A stretch of DNA of 64,000 nucleotides. Origin: an uncultured Gemmatimonadaceae bacterium. GTDB lineage: Bacteria > Gemmatimonadota > Gemmatimonadetes > Gemmatimonadales > Gemmatimonadaceae. Location: the NCBI GenBank assembly GCA_963843965.1, contig CAWJMR010000021.1, positions 37,176-101,175 on the forward strand. The letters are read 5' to 3'. Position 1 is the stretch's first letter. Every line of letters starts with the position of its first letter. A model generated the notes under the pieces. That model saw nothing but the letters and a program-made list of their open reading frames with translations. It did no database searches and had not been told where the DNA came from. A program made the translations under genes and the position numbers. This document shows, piece by piece, positions 9,330-18,366 of the stretch.

Positions 9330-10204
9330 CGACCGCCCTTCGCGATCCGCGTTGCCTGCTCGATGTCCGCCGCGTGCATCTCATACTCCGGCAGTTTCTT
9401 ACTCAGCTCGGCGTCGCGCGAGGCGAGGAACGTCGCCCACGTCTTCTTCGCACTGGCACTATTGCCCTGCAGCGTGGCGGTCCGCGCCGACAACGACAGG
9501 CCCAACAGATGCGTCGGTGACTGCCGGAGAATGCTGTCGGCCTGCGCGGCCGCGATGTCGAAGTTCTTGGTCTCGGAGGCGACGCGTCCGTAGTCGTATC
9601 GTGCGTCGGTGTCCATCTCGGAGCCGAGCGCTTCGAAACTCGCCAGCGCCATCGGCGCGAAGAAGTCGGCGCTGTCGGCTTTACCTTCCTCGACGTATCG
9701 CATGATGCGGTCGTACAGTCGACCGGCGCGCTCGCGCGGCGACATCGTGGAGAGGTCGGGCGGACGGCCGCCCGAGGTCGCCCCGCCACCGCCGGCGGCG
9801 AAGGGCGCCATTTCGGCCGGCAGGCTCGCCGTGGCCGACGCGGTCAGTTCAGGCGAGCCGGCCGGCGGCGCATCACTCAGCGCGAAATAGCCGACGACCG
9901 CTGCCAGCAGCGTCGCCGCCGCGATCCACGGCGCGTACGTCGCGGCGCGTGTGCCACCGGATGCCGTTCCTGGAGCGGCCGATCGCGCGGTCGAAGTCGA
10001 AGGCGCTGACGACCGCGCCGACGGCGCCGCCGATGCCACGCTCGCTCCGCACTCGTTACAGAATCGCGCACCGGGCACGAGCTGCTTCCCGCAGGAGCGG
10101 CAGCTCGGCGCGACGAGCGATGCGCCGCATTCACTGCAGAACTTTCCGGCGGCGCTCGCACCGCACGAAGGACACGACGTTGGGGCGTTGCTCGATGCGC
10201 TCAT
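9326..10204 (-). CDS. Double zinc-ribbon, single-pass membrane protein with TPR-like C-terminal domain
   Basis: MSASSNAPTSCPSCGASAAGKFCSECGASLVAPSCRSCGKQLVPGARFCNECG (two CxxC...CxxC ribbons), TM helix (YAPWIAAATLLAAVVGYFAL), helical C-terminal domain. An alternative GTG start lies at 10240. Confidence 0.6.
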   Translation of the reverse strand: MSASSNAPTSCPSCGASAAGKFCSECGASLVAPSCRSCGKQLVPGARFCNECGASVASAAPSARSSAPSTSTARSAAPGTASGGTRAATYAPWIAAATLLAAVVGYFALSDAPPAGSPELTASATASLPAEMAPFAAGGGGATSGGRPPDLSTMSPRERAGRLYDRIMRYVEEGKADSADFFAPMALASFEALGSEMDTDARYDYGRVASETKNFDIAAAQADSILRQSPTHLLGLSLSARTATLQGNSASAKKTWATFLASRDAELSKKLPEYEMHAADIEQATRIAKGGR

Positions 10205-10303
10205 GAATGTAAGGTGTGCTGATCGGGCGGCATTGTACACCCACCGCTGGGTATGCTTCGTTGGTGATGCAGCGCACCGCGCCAGCGCAGCGGCCGCGCA
10301 TTC

Positions 10304-11110
10304 ATGCTGGGTTCATGGCGGGGTGCCACCGTGCACCTCTGTAGACAGGCTGAGCCAGAGGCTCTAGACTCAGCCGAGCGCGGCGCCCCGAGTGCTCCCA
10401 CCTTCGTCCAGGACCCGTTGCCCGACACATCTGCGGTCTCGTTGCGCGACGTCGCACACCGGTATGGACGCCGCTGGGCGGTCCGTGGTGTGTCGCTCGC
10501 GGTCGCCCGCGGTGAAGTGTTGGCGATCATCGGGCACAACGGCAGCGGGAAGAGTACGCTCCTGCGGATCGTGGCCACGGCGCTACGGGCGACGCGCGGG
10601 TCGGGCACGGTCTGGGGCGCCGATCTCACGCGCGATGCGGTGGCAATCCGACAGATGGTCTCGTTGCTGTCGACCGAGCCGGGGGTGTACGGCGACTTGA
10701 CCGCCCTCGAGAATCTGCGCTTCTCGGCGGAGATGCTTGGCGCCGACAGCGATCGCCGGATCTTGCAGGGCGCGCTCGAGCGGGTCGGACTCGGCCTGGA
10801 GGGCAACGAGCGCGCGCGCAACATGTCGTCCGGAATGCAGCGTCGCCTGTCGATCGCGCGGTTGCTGCTGCGCGAGCCGCGCGTGCTCCTGCTCGATGAA
10901 CCGTTCAATTCGCTCGATCACGACGGCGCGGCGCTGGTGAACACCTTGATCCGCGAGACCCGGGAGCGCGGCGGGAGCGTGTTGCTGGTGGCCCACGATA
11001 TTTCACGCGCCACCTCGCGTCCCGATCGCACCGTCGAGATGAACGACGGAATGCTGGAGGATTCGATACAGGATTCCGAGCCAGCCACGCTCGCCGGGAT
11101 GGGGCGGTGA
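10304..11110 (+). CDS. ccmA: Haem exporter ATP-binding protein CcmA
   Basis: Walker A GHNGSGKSTLL, signature MSSGMQRRLS, Walker B LLLDEP. First gene of the ccm cluster; its stop overlaps the ccmB start (GTGA). Confidence 0.85.
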   Translation: MLGSWRGATVHLCRQAEPEALDSAERGAPSAPTFVQDPLPDTSAVSLRDVAHRYGRRWAVRGVSLAVARGEVLAIIGHNGSGKSTLLRIVATALRATRGSGTVWGADLTRDAVAIRQMVSLLSTEPGVYGDLTALENLRFSAEMLGADSDRRILQGALERVGLGLEGNERARNMSSGMQRRLSIARLLLREPRVLLLDEPFNSLDHDGAALVNTLIRETRERGGSVLLVAHDISRATSRPDRTVEMNDGMLEDSIQDSEPATLAGMGR

Positions 11111-11787
11111 GCGTGGCATGGCGGCGGGTCCGCGCGGTAGCGTGGAAAGACCTGACGGCGGAGCGGCGCACCAAGGCCAACTTCAATGCAGTCGTCGCGA
11201 TGGCAGCGATGATCCTGCTGCTCTTCGGTTTTGCGCTCGGGCCCGACGCCGAGGCGCTGCGGAACGCCGCGGCCGGCGTATTGTGGCTCACGATTCTGTT
11301 CAGCGGCGTGCTGGCGTTCAACCGGTCGTATCAGCTCGAGTTGGAAGCGGGTGCGCTCGAACAGTTGTTGCTGTACCCTGGCGAGCGATGGACGATCTAC
11401 GTGGGGAAGTTGCTGGCCAACCTCACCTTCGTATTTCTGATGGAGCTCATCGCGCTTCCGCTCACGGGGGTGCTGTACCACGTGGCCTTCCCCGAGCAGT
11501 GGCTCGCGGTGCTTGGTGTGCTGGTGCTGGGCACGGTCGGCTTCGTGTCGCTCGGGACGTTGTATGCGGCCATGGCGAGTCGGAGCCGCTCGCGCGAAGT
11601 GCTGTTGCCGTTACTGCTCTTTCCCATGCTCGTGCCGGTGCTGATCGCGGCCAGCGGCGCCACCGCCGCCCTGCTGGTCGGCGATATCATGGGGGACAGC
11701 GCCGCCTGGATTCGCCTGCTTGCGGTGTTCGATGTGATCTTTCTGATCGGATCGACCTGGGCGTTTCCTTTCGTCATCGAAGGCTGA
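11107..11787 (+). CDS. ccmB: Haem exporter permease CcmB
   Basis: 226-aa polytopic membrane protein lying between ccmA and ccmC. Confidence 0.8.
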   Translation: MSVAWRRVRAVAWKDLTAERRTKANFNAVVAMAAMILLLFGFALGPDAEALRNAAAGVLWLTILFSGVLAFNRSYQLELEAGALEQLLLYPGERWTIYVGKLLANLTFVFLMELIALPLTGVLYHVAFPEQWLAVLGVLVLGTVGFVSLGTLYAAMASRSRSREVLLPLLLFPMLVPVLIAASGATAALLVGDIMGDSAAWIRLLAVFDVIFLIGSTWAFPFVIEG

Positions 11788-11798
11788 ATCACCTGTCC

Positions 11799-12512
11799 AT
11801 GACTTCACGGACCATCGAACTCACTCCACGCGCGACGTGGCTGACGGCACTGACCTGGTTGGCGCCGATTTTCCTCGTCATGTCGCAGGCCTATTTCATC
11901 ATGGCATCGGCCCCGGACCGCGACATGGGGCACTTACAGAAGATCATGTACGTGCATGTCCCTGCGGCCTGGAATGCGTTTCTGGCGTTCCTGTTCGTCT
12001 TCATACAGAGCGTGCGGTATCTCGCGACGCGCGACGAGCGTGCTGACCTCTTGGCGGCGGCTGGCGCCGAGGTCGGCGCCGTGCTCACCGGACTCACGCT
12101 GGTTCTGGGCTCCATCTGGGGACGCCCCACGTGGGGGGTGTGGTGGACGTGGGACGCGCGGCTCACCTCGACCGCGGTGCTGTTTCTGGTGTACGTGGGG
12201 TATCTCGCGCTGCGCGGCCTCACCGATGATCCCGAGCGTCGGGCACGCTGGAGCGCTGCCGTGGGCATTCTCGGCGCGCTGAACGTGCCCATCGTGTACA
12301 TGTCGGTGAAATGGTGGCGGACGTTGCATCAGATGCAGTCCACGCCGAGTACGGTCGATCCGACCTACGCGTGGGGGCTGCGTCTGAACGCCATCGCGTT
12401 TCTGCTGGTGCTCATCGTGTTCATCGCGTATCGGCATCGCGGACTCGTTGCGGAGTTCGTGCTCGAACGGCGGCTGGACGAAGCCGCGCTCACCCGGAGG
12501 ACGCAACGATGA
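11799..12512 (+). CDS. ccmC: Haem exporter / haem lyase subunit CcmC
   Basis: In-frame ATG at 11799 inside the long ORF 11118..12512 (MTSRTIELTP...). Trp-rich haem-handling motif WGRPTWGVWWTWDARL. Confidence 0.85.
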   Translation: MTSRTIELTPRATWLTALTWLAPIFLVMSQAYFIMASAPDRDMGHLQKIMYVHVPAAWNAFLAFLFVFIQSVRYLATRDERADLLAAAGAEVGAVLTGLTLVLGSIWGRPTWGVWWTWDARLTSTAVLFLVYVGYLALRGLTDDPERRARWSAAVGILGALNVPIVYMSVKWWRTLHQMQSTPSTVDPTYAWGLRLNAIAFLLVLIVFIAYRHRGLVAEFVLERRLDEAALTRRTQR

Positions 12513-12661
12513 ACGGGATGGTCGTCAACTCCTGGCCCTACGTGATCGGTGCGTTCGCCGTGACGTGGGTTGTGCTTATCGGCTACAGCATTCGCCTCGC
12601 GCAACTCGCGCGACTCACCCGTGCGCTGTCGGCGCCTTCTGATACCGGTACGAAGCAATGA
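12509..12661 (+). CDS. ccmD: Small membrane protein CcmD
   Basis: 50 aa, single TM (MNGMVVNSWPYVIGAFAVTWVVLIGYSI...). ATGA overlaps on both sides (ccmC stop, ccmE start). Confidence 0.7.
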   Translation: MNGMVVNSWPYVIGAFAVTWVVLIGYSIRLAQLARLTRALSAPSDTGTKQ

Positions 12662-13170
12662 GTGATGCTCCGAACGATCCGATGATCGATGTTGCGTCGA
12701 ACGCGCCGCGCTATACACCGTCGCCCTCGCGCAAACCCGTCGCCATCGCCGCGATCGTGGTGCTGGTCAGCGCCTTCGCCTATCTCGCCTACGGCGGCGT
12801 CGAGGAGAATCTGGTGTACTTCCTCACACCGAATGAGTTGGTGGCCAAGGGGGCAAAGGCCGTCGACCGACCGGTTCGTCTTGGCGGACAGGTCGTGCCC
12901 GGCTCGGTGCAGTGGAACGCCGATGCGTTGGACCTCCGCTTCCGCGTCACCGACGGCACGCGCGAAGTCGTGGTGCATTCGTCCGGGGCGCCGCCGCAGA
13001 TGTTCCGCGCCGGCATCGGTGTGGTTGTCGAGGGCAAGTACACGCGGAACGGCGTCTTCGAATCGCATAGCCTCATGGTGAAGCATTCCAACGAGTATCG
13101 CGCGCCCGTGGCCGGTGAGAAGCATCCGGATCGGCTCGACAAGACGCTGATCCGGAGTTCCGGCGCGTGA
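12658..13170 (+). CDS. ccmE: Haem chaperone CcmE
   Basis: 170 aa, N-terminal anchor, OB-fold-like body, C-terminal haem-binding context ...LMVKHSNEYRAP. Confidence 0.85.
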   Translation: MSDAPNDPMIDVASNAPRYTPSPSRKPVAIAAIVVLVSAFAYLAYGGVEENLVYFLTPNELVAKGAKAVDRPVRLGGQVVPGSVQWNADALDLRFRVTDGTREVVVHSSGAPPQMFRAGIGVVVEGKYTRNGVFESHSLMVKHSNEYRAPVAGEKHPDRLDKTLIRSSGA

Positions 13171-15125
13171 TTCGTATTCTTGGGCTCGCGGCCGTCTGGG
13201 TCGCGCTTGGGATGTCGGTCGCCGGCATTTTCGCGGCGATCTGGGGGCTGACCCGACAGCGCGCTGAACTGGTCACGAGTGCCTTTCAGACCGTCTACGT
13301 CAACTTCGCGCTCTTGACCGTAGCCGTGGCAGCGATGATCTACGCGCTCGTCACGCACGATTTCAGTATCGGTTACGTGGCGCAGGTCGGCAGTCGCAAC
13401 ACGCCGGTGTTCTACACGGTCATCTCGCTCTGGGGCGCGCTCGAAGGCTCGATCCTCTTCTGGGGATGGGTCCTCGCGATGTACAGCGCGGTGGTGGTGT
13501 GGAGCAATCGACAGCGGGAAGGCGGGCTCGTGCCGTGGGCCGCGGTCGCGCTGCTCACCATCTGCCTGTTCTTCTACATTCTGCTGGTCGGACCGGCCAA
13601 TCCGTGGCACCTCGTGTCGCCCACGCCGGCCGATGGCCCGGGGCCGAATCCGCTGCTGCAGAATCACATTCTGATGGCGGTTCATCCGCCGCTGCTCTAT
13701 CTCGGCTACGTGGGCATGGCGGTACCGTTCGCCTTTGCGATCGGCGCGCTGCTCGCCGGCGAGATTCACAGCGCCGACTGGATCAAGCTGACCCGTCGCT
13801 GGACGCTCAGCGCGTGGGCGTTTCTTTCGCTGGCCATCATCGCCGGCATGTGGTGGTCGTACGAGGTTCTTGGCTGGGGCGGCTACTGGGCGTGGGATCC
13901 CGTCGAGAACGCGTCGTTCATGCCGTGGCTCACGGCCACGGCTTTCCTGCACTCGGTCATGGTGCAGGAGCGGCGCGGCATGCTGAAGCTGTGGAATGTG
14001 AACCTGATCGTGACCACGTTCCTGCTCACGATTCTCGGCACCTTCCTCACGCGGTCCGGCATCATCTCCTCGGTGCACGCGTTCACGACCGGTACGATCG
14101 GCTACTACTTCCTGGCGTTCATTGCGTTCGCGCTGATCGTGTCGCTCGTGTTGGTGGCCGGCAACAGCGAAGGACTCCGGAGTGAAGGCCATCTCGACGC
14201 GGCGGCATCACGTGAGACCGTGTTCCTGTTCAACAATCTGTTTCTCACCGGCTTCACCTTCGTGGTGGTGCTCGGCACGCTGTTCCCGCTCGTCGCGGAA
14301 GCGTTCAAAGGCGTGAAGGTCACGGTCGGCGCGCCGTTCTTCAACAAGATGACGATCCCGATCTGCGTCGCGCTGCTGTTCTTGATGGGCGTCGGCCCGT
14401 CGCTGCCGTGGAAGGCAACGAGCCGCGAGCACTTGCGGAAGATGTTCATCCTGCCCGCTGGCGTGGCGCTCGGTATCGTGGTGCTCGCGCTCGCGCTCGG
14501 AATGCGCGACGTGTACGGTATGCTGGCGTTCGCGTTCGCGGGCTTCGCGATCGTGTGCAACGTGCGGGAGTATGCAATCGGCGTACAGGCGCGCCGCCGT
14601 GCGCACGGTGAGGCCGTACCCGTTGCCTTCGTGCGTTTGGTGGCCGCGAATCGCCGACGCTACGGTGGCTATGTCGCGCACATGGGAATCATCACGGTGG
14701 CCGCCGCCATCACGGCGTCGTCGAGCTTCCGCTTCGAGCGTGAGGCAACGCTCAAGCCGGGGCAGGTGATGCCGGTGAAGGGCGACCTGTCGGTGCGCCT
14801 GAAATCGATGTGGGGCAAGGACGAGCCGCAGCGTGAGGTGGTCGGCGCCGATGTGGAGATCCTTCGCAACGGCAAAGTGGTCGGCATGCTCGATCCACGC
14901 ATGAACTTCTACCGGTCGCAGGATCAGCCGGTGCCGACGCCGGCGGTGCGTAGCCGTCCGGCGGGCGACGTGTACATCAACCTCATGGCGTATACCCCCG
15001 ATGGACAGTCGGCGACGTTGCGGGTGATCGTCGAACCGTTCGTGCCGTGGATCTGGTTCGGCGGATTGGTCGTCGCACTTGGGGCTGTGGTCTCAGCATG
15101 GCCGGCGAGGAGGCGGGCGGTATGA
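13167..15125 (+). CDS. ccmF: Cytochrome c haem lyase subunit CcmF
   Basis: 652-aa polytopic protein with the Trp-rich motif WWSYEVLGWGGYWAWDPVEN. GTGA overlap with ccmE. Confidence 0.9.
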   Translation: MIRILGLAAVWVALGMSVAGIFAAIWGLTRQRAELVTSAFQTVYVNFALLTVAVAAMIYALVTHDFSIGYVAQVGSRNTPVFYTVISLWGALEGSILFWGWVLAMYSAVVVWSNRQREGGLVPWAAVALLTICLFFYILLVGPANPWHLVSPTPADGPGPNPLLQNHILMAVHPPLLYLGYVGMAVPFAFAIGALLAGEIHSADWIKLTRRWTLSAWAFLSLAIIAGMWWSYEVLGWGGYWAWDPVENASFMPWLTATAFLHSVMVQERRGMLKLWNVNLIVTTFLLTILGTFLTRSGIISSVHAFTTGTIGYYFLAFIAFALIVSLVLVAGNSEGLRSEGHLDAAASRETVFLFNNLFLTGFTFVVVLGTLFPLVAEAFKGVKVTVGAPFFNKMTIPICVALLFLMGVGPSLPWKATSREHLRKMFILPAGVALGIVVLALALGMRDVYGMLAFAFAGFAIVCNVREYAIGVQARRRAHGEAVPVAFVRLVAANRRRYGGYVAHMGIITVAAAITASSSFRFEREATLKPGQVMPVKGDLSVRLKSMWGKDEPQREVVGADVEILRNGKVVGMLDPRMNFYRSQDQPVPTPAVRSRPAGDVYINLMAYTPDGQSATLRVIVEPFVPWIWFGGLVVALGAVVSAWPARRRAV

Positions 15126-15754
15126 ACTGGAAACGATCGCTCATGACGGTGGCTGCTGTCGGCGTGCCCATTATCGCGTTGCTGTCGTACGGCATGACGC
15201 GCGACCCGCGCAGCATTCCGTCGCCGTTGCCAGGGCGCGCAGCACCCGTGTTCACGCGCGCCGTGTTCGCGCCGGGCGAAGATGCGACGCTCCGTCGCGC
15301 GGTCGGCGATTCGATCCGGCTGGCCGAGCACAAAGGCCAGATCGTGGTGGTCAACTTCTGGGCGTCGTGGTGTCTGGCCTGTCGCGACGAGCACGAGACG
15401 CTCTCGATGATTGCGCGTCGCTATGCGGGGCAGGGCGTGCGATTCTACGGGTTGCTGTACAACGATGAACCGAGCAACGGTATCAAGTGGATCGCGCAGA
15501 TGGGCGGGCAGGCGTATCCGGCGCTCGAAGATCCCAGTGCGCGCACGGCCATCGACTACGGGCTGTACGGCGTACCGGAAACATTCGTGGTGGATCAACG
15601 GGGAATCGTGGCCCACAAGTATCTCGGCCCCGTGCGCCCGGGCGAGCTGAGTCAGCTGCTCGACTCGCTGCTGACCGCCGGTGCGCGCTCCGGTGCACCG
15701 GCCACTGATGCGCCCGTCGTGCGCTCGCTTCCCTCGCCGGATTCTGCCCGATGA
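15122..15754 (+). CDS. ccmG: Thiol:disulfide oxidoreductase CcmG/DsbE
   Basis: In-frame ATG at 15122 (MNWKRSLMTVAAVGVPII...) overlaps the ccmF stop (ATGA). Thioredoxin motif WASWCLACRDE. Confidence 0.85.
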   Translation: MNWKRSLMTVAAVGVPIIALLSYGMTRDPRSIPSPLPGRAAPVFTRAVFAPGEDATLRRAVGDSIRLAEHKGQIVVVNFWASWCLACRDEHETLSMIARRYAGQGVRFYGLLYNDEPSNGIKWIAQMGGQAYPALEDPSARTAIDYGLYGVPETFVVDQRGIVAHKYLGPVRPGELSQLLDSLLTAGARSGAPATDAPVVRSLPSPDSAR

Positions 15755-16254
15755 AGACCACGCTGCGTCGTGGGCGGGTTGTCGCTGCGCTGTGGTGTGT
15801 CGCTGCGGCCGCGACGGTGCCACACGGCCTGCCGGCGCAAGACTCCGCATTGGCATCGAGCGCGCAAACGGTGGCCGGGAAGGCACCCGAGCCCGGCGTT
15901 GATCCGGCCTTCGACGAACGGGCGAAAGCGGTCACGTCGCGCTTGCGCTGCCCCGTCTGTCAGGGCGAATCGATTCAGGATTCGCCCGCCGAGCTGGCCA
16001 CCCAGATGAAATCGTTGGTGCGTGAGCAGCTGGCCAGCGGCAAGAGCGAGAAGGAGGTCTTCGACTACTTCATCGGCAAGTACGGACAGTGGATCCTGCT
16101 GGAACCGCGCGCCGAGGGCATCAATCTGCTCGTGTACGGACTGCCGATTCTGTTCATCGTGGGCGGCGGCGCGCTGCTGTGGGGGGCCGTGTCGCGATGG
16201 ACGCGCCCCGTAGCGCCGATGGGAGAAGATCCCGGAACGCTGCCCGACGATTAG
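15751..16254 (+). CDS. ccmH: Cytochrome c maturation protein CcmH
   Basis: Signal peptide, LRCPVCQGESIQDSPA motif, C-terminal TM. ATGA overlap with ccmG. Confidence 0.85.
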   Translation: MKTTLRRGRVVAALWCVAAAATVPHGLPAQDSALASSAQTVAGKAPEPGVDPAFDERAKAVTSRLRCPVCQGESIQDSPAELATQMKSLVREQLASGKSEKEVFDYFIGKYGQWILLEPRAEGINLLVYGLPILFIVGGGALLWGAVSRWTRPVAPMGEDPGTLPDD

Positions 16255-16709
16255 GCCGGCGGCTTCACCGCAGGATGGTCGAGCGGCAGGGCACCAGCCG
16301 CTTCGCCCCCCTTGTGATTCTTCACCGACGCCGTGTCGAGGAGTTCGCCGCCACCGTTGCGGATCGCCACCGCCTTCAGGGCGCTGTCGGCGAGGGCCGT
16401 GTTCTTCGTGGCCTGAGCGACCATGTAGATGCCGTACCACGGCGCCGCGTGATTCGGCACGGCGTCCGCGGCACCGCGATAGTAGCCGAGGGCGACGTCG
16501 TATTGCTTCACACGAAACGCCACGTTCCCGCTATCGAGCCGAGCGGCCGCGACGGCATTCAGTCCCGGCGGCAGCTCGCGCATCGGGCCCCCTCCGCCTT
16601 GGCTCGCGCTGAACTCGCCGAGCGGCTTCTTCGCCGCGTCCGACGCGTCGGACCCGCACGCGGTGATCGAGACCAGCAGGATGGGGAACGCGAGTATGGA
16701 GCGGCGCAT
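16251..16709 (-). CDS. Small lipoprotein with a TPR-like helix pair (last gene of the cytochrome operon)
   Basis: MRRSILAFPILLVSITACGS lipobox. An alternative start is M at 16730. Its stop codon overlaps the ccmH stop on the opposite strand (TTAG at 16251-16254). Confidence 0.5.
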   Translation of the reverse strand: MRRSILAFPILLVSITACGSDASDAAKKPLGEFSASQGGGGPMRELPPGLNAVAAARLDSGNVAFRVKQYDVALGYYRGAADAVPNHAAPWYGIYMVAQATKNTALADSALKAVAIRNGGGELLDTASVKNHKGGEAAGALPLDHPAVKPPA

Positions 16710-16764
16710 GGTGTGCAGGGGCAAGGTCATGAGTGAAGTGAACGGCGGCGCGCGCAGCGAGTCA

Positions 16765-18366
16765 TCAAAAGCGCCAGCTGAGTCCCGCGTAGTTCTGCAA
16801 CAGGCGGTCGGAGGGTCCAATTTCGCGGTACGACGAGAACATCACGTACCACGAGCGGCCAATGCCCGCGTCGGCGTCGAGCCCCACCCACGTGGTCTTC
16901 GTCGGGGTCATGCCATCGAACGCGCGCTGGTCGTCACGTCGGCCCACGGTCGCTTCGATACGCAGTCGATTCCACGGGTCGATCTCGAGCGATGCAGAGG
17001 TCAGCGTGCCGCGCACGGTGGGTCCGTCGTAGCGCGTGGCGCGGGCCCGGGCGCCGATCTGCAGCGGCGAGAGGCGTGAGATAGAGAGTGTCGCCGTCTG
17101 CGACTGGTTGCGCCCCGCGGTCACGCCATCGCTCGTGCGCGAGTCGACGCTCAGATACATGTGCGGAATCGAGAGGGACGCACCGCCCCAGTAGCCTCGG
17201 CGGAAGGCGTCATCGAAGGCGATGTCCGGCGTCAGGAAGTCGCGGTACAAGCGGACGCTGCGTCGACTGTCGTAGCCGCCCTGCAGCGAGAGCGCGCGCG
17301 TGACGGCGACGCGCAACGTGGCGAAGGTGGAGGTGGGCGAGATGGCCTGACCGCCTTCGGCATCCTTGCGCCAGCCGCGATTGACGTCGAGCTCCTGCGT
17401 GGCATACAGCGAGAAGACCGGCGTGACCACCATCGTCGAGGCCAGCGCGAATTCACGGTTGATGCCGGCGGTGGCGTACGATCCGATGGCCCCCAGCGTT
17501 GTCTGTACGATTGTGCCGCTGCCCGTCGAGTTGTGCCACTGCACCCACGTGCCGCCCTCACGGATATCAGCCGAGGGCTGGAAGTTCGCGTAGTCGGGCT
17601 GCGTGCCACCGAGCACGCCGAATCGCCAATGCTTGCGGTCGACGTCGACCGTGACGCCGTCGAAGAAGCCGAGTGGTGACAGGACCGTGGACAGCTGCCG
17701 GCCGACACTCACGCGCACCGGGAATTGTCCGACACCCTGATACTCCAGCATGGACTGGTACACGCGCGTGCTGCCGTCGGAGCGTCCGCTCCCCGAGGTC
17801 TGTCGGTGCGCGCGGGCGTCGATCACGAGTCCGATCGGCGAGTCGCTCAGGCGATGGCCCTCGATCCGGAGATCGACCGCCGGCTGGGTGAGCCGGCCAC
17901 TGGCTCCGGTGCCGGTTTGTAGATCCATGTAGCGCAGGCCGACGCGGCCCGTCATCGCGCGCGCTTTGCGCGGCGTTCGCGGTGTCGCGCCACCGGCGCC
18001 GGCCGCCGTACCAGTGGCTGCCGCCCCGCTCGCACTCGCGATGATCTCCGGCGCGGCCAGAAAACGCACGCTGTCACCGAGCACGATCGGACCGCCGCGG
18101 ATCGCGCGTCCCGAGGCGCGCGATGACGATACGAACTGAATCTCGAGCACCGCGACGACCGAGTCTTTTCGCATCACGTCGGCCTTCGCCCCTTCGCGAA
18201 GGCCGGAGCTGGTGCCCGCGTCGATGTACACGGATTCGCCGCTGAGATACGACACGCGCGTCCACTGCCAGCGCGGCGCGCTGGGGGCAGCCTGTGCCCC
18301 GAGCGCGTTGCCGACGACGCACGCGACCGCGAGGGCCGCGCTCAGGCCGAGCCGCGCGGGTGACAT
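16765..18366 (-). CDS. Predicted outer-membrane beta-barrel protein with a ~90-aa N-terminal soluble domain
   Basis: Signal peptide MSPARLGLSAALAVACVVGNALGAQA (ATG 18364-18366; ORF track extends to 18573). Alternating amphipathic strand pattern with many Y/R/G/T/S. C-terminus ...NYAGLSWRF ends in Phe, as in OM barrel signals. Confidence 0.65.
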   Translation of the reverse strand: MSPARLGLSAALAVACVVGNALGAQAAPSAPRWQWTRVSYLSGESVYIDAGTSSGLREGAKADVMRKDSVVAVLEIQFVSSSRASGRAIRGGPIVLGDSVRFLAAPEIIASASGAAATGTAAGAGGATPRTPRKARAMTGRVGLRYMDLQTGTGASGRLTQPAVDLRIEGHRLSDSPIGLVIDARAHRQTSGSGRSDGSTRVYQSMLEYQGVGQFPVRVSVGRQLSTVLSPLGFFDGVTVDVDRKHWRFGVLGGTQPDYANFQPSADIREGGTWVQWHNSTGSGTIVQTTLGAIGSYATAGINREFALASTMVVTPVFSLYATQELDVNRGWRKDAEGGQAISPTSTFATLRVAVTRALSLQGGYDSRRSVRLYRDFLTPDIAFDDAFRRGYWGGASLSIPHMYLSVDSRTSDGVTAGRNQSQTATLSISRLSPLQIGARARATRYDGPTVRGTLTSASLEIDPWNRLRIEATVGRRDDQRAFDGMTPTKTTWVGLDADAGIGRSWYVMFSSYREIGPSDRLLQNYAGLSWRF

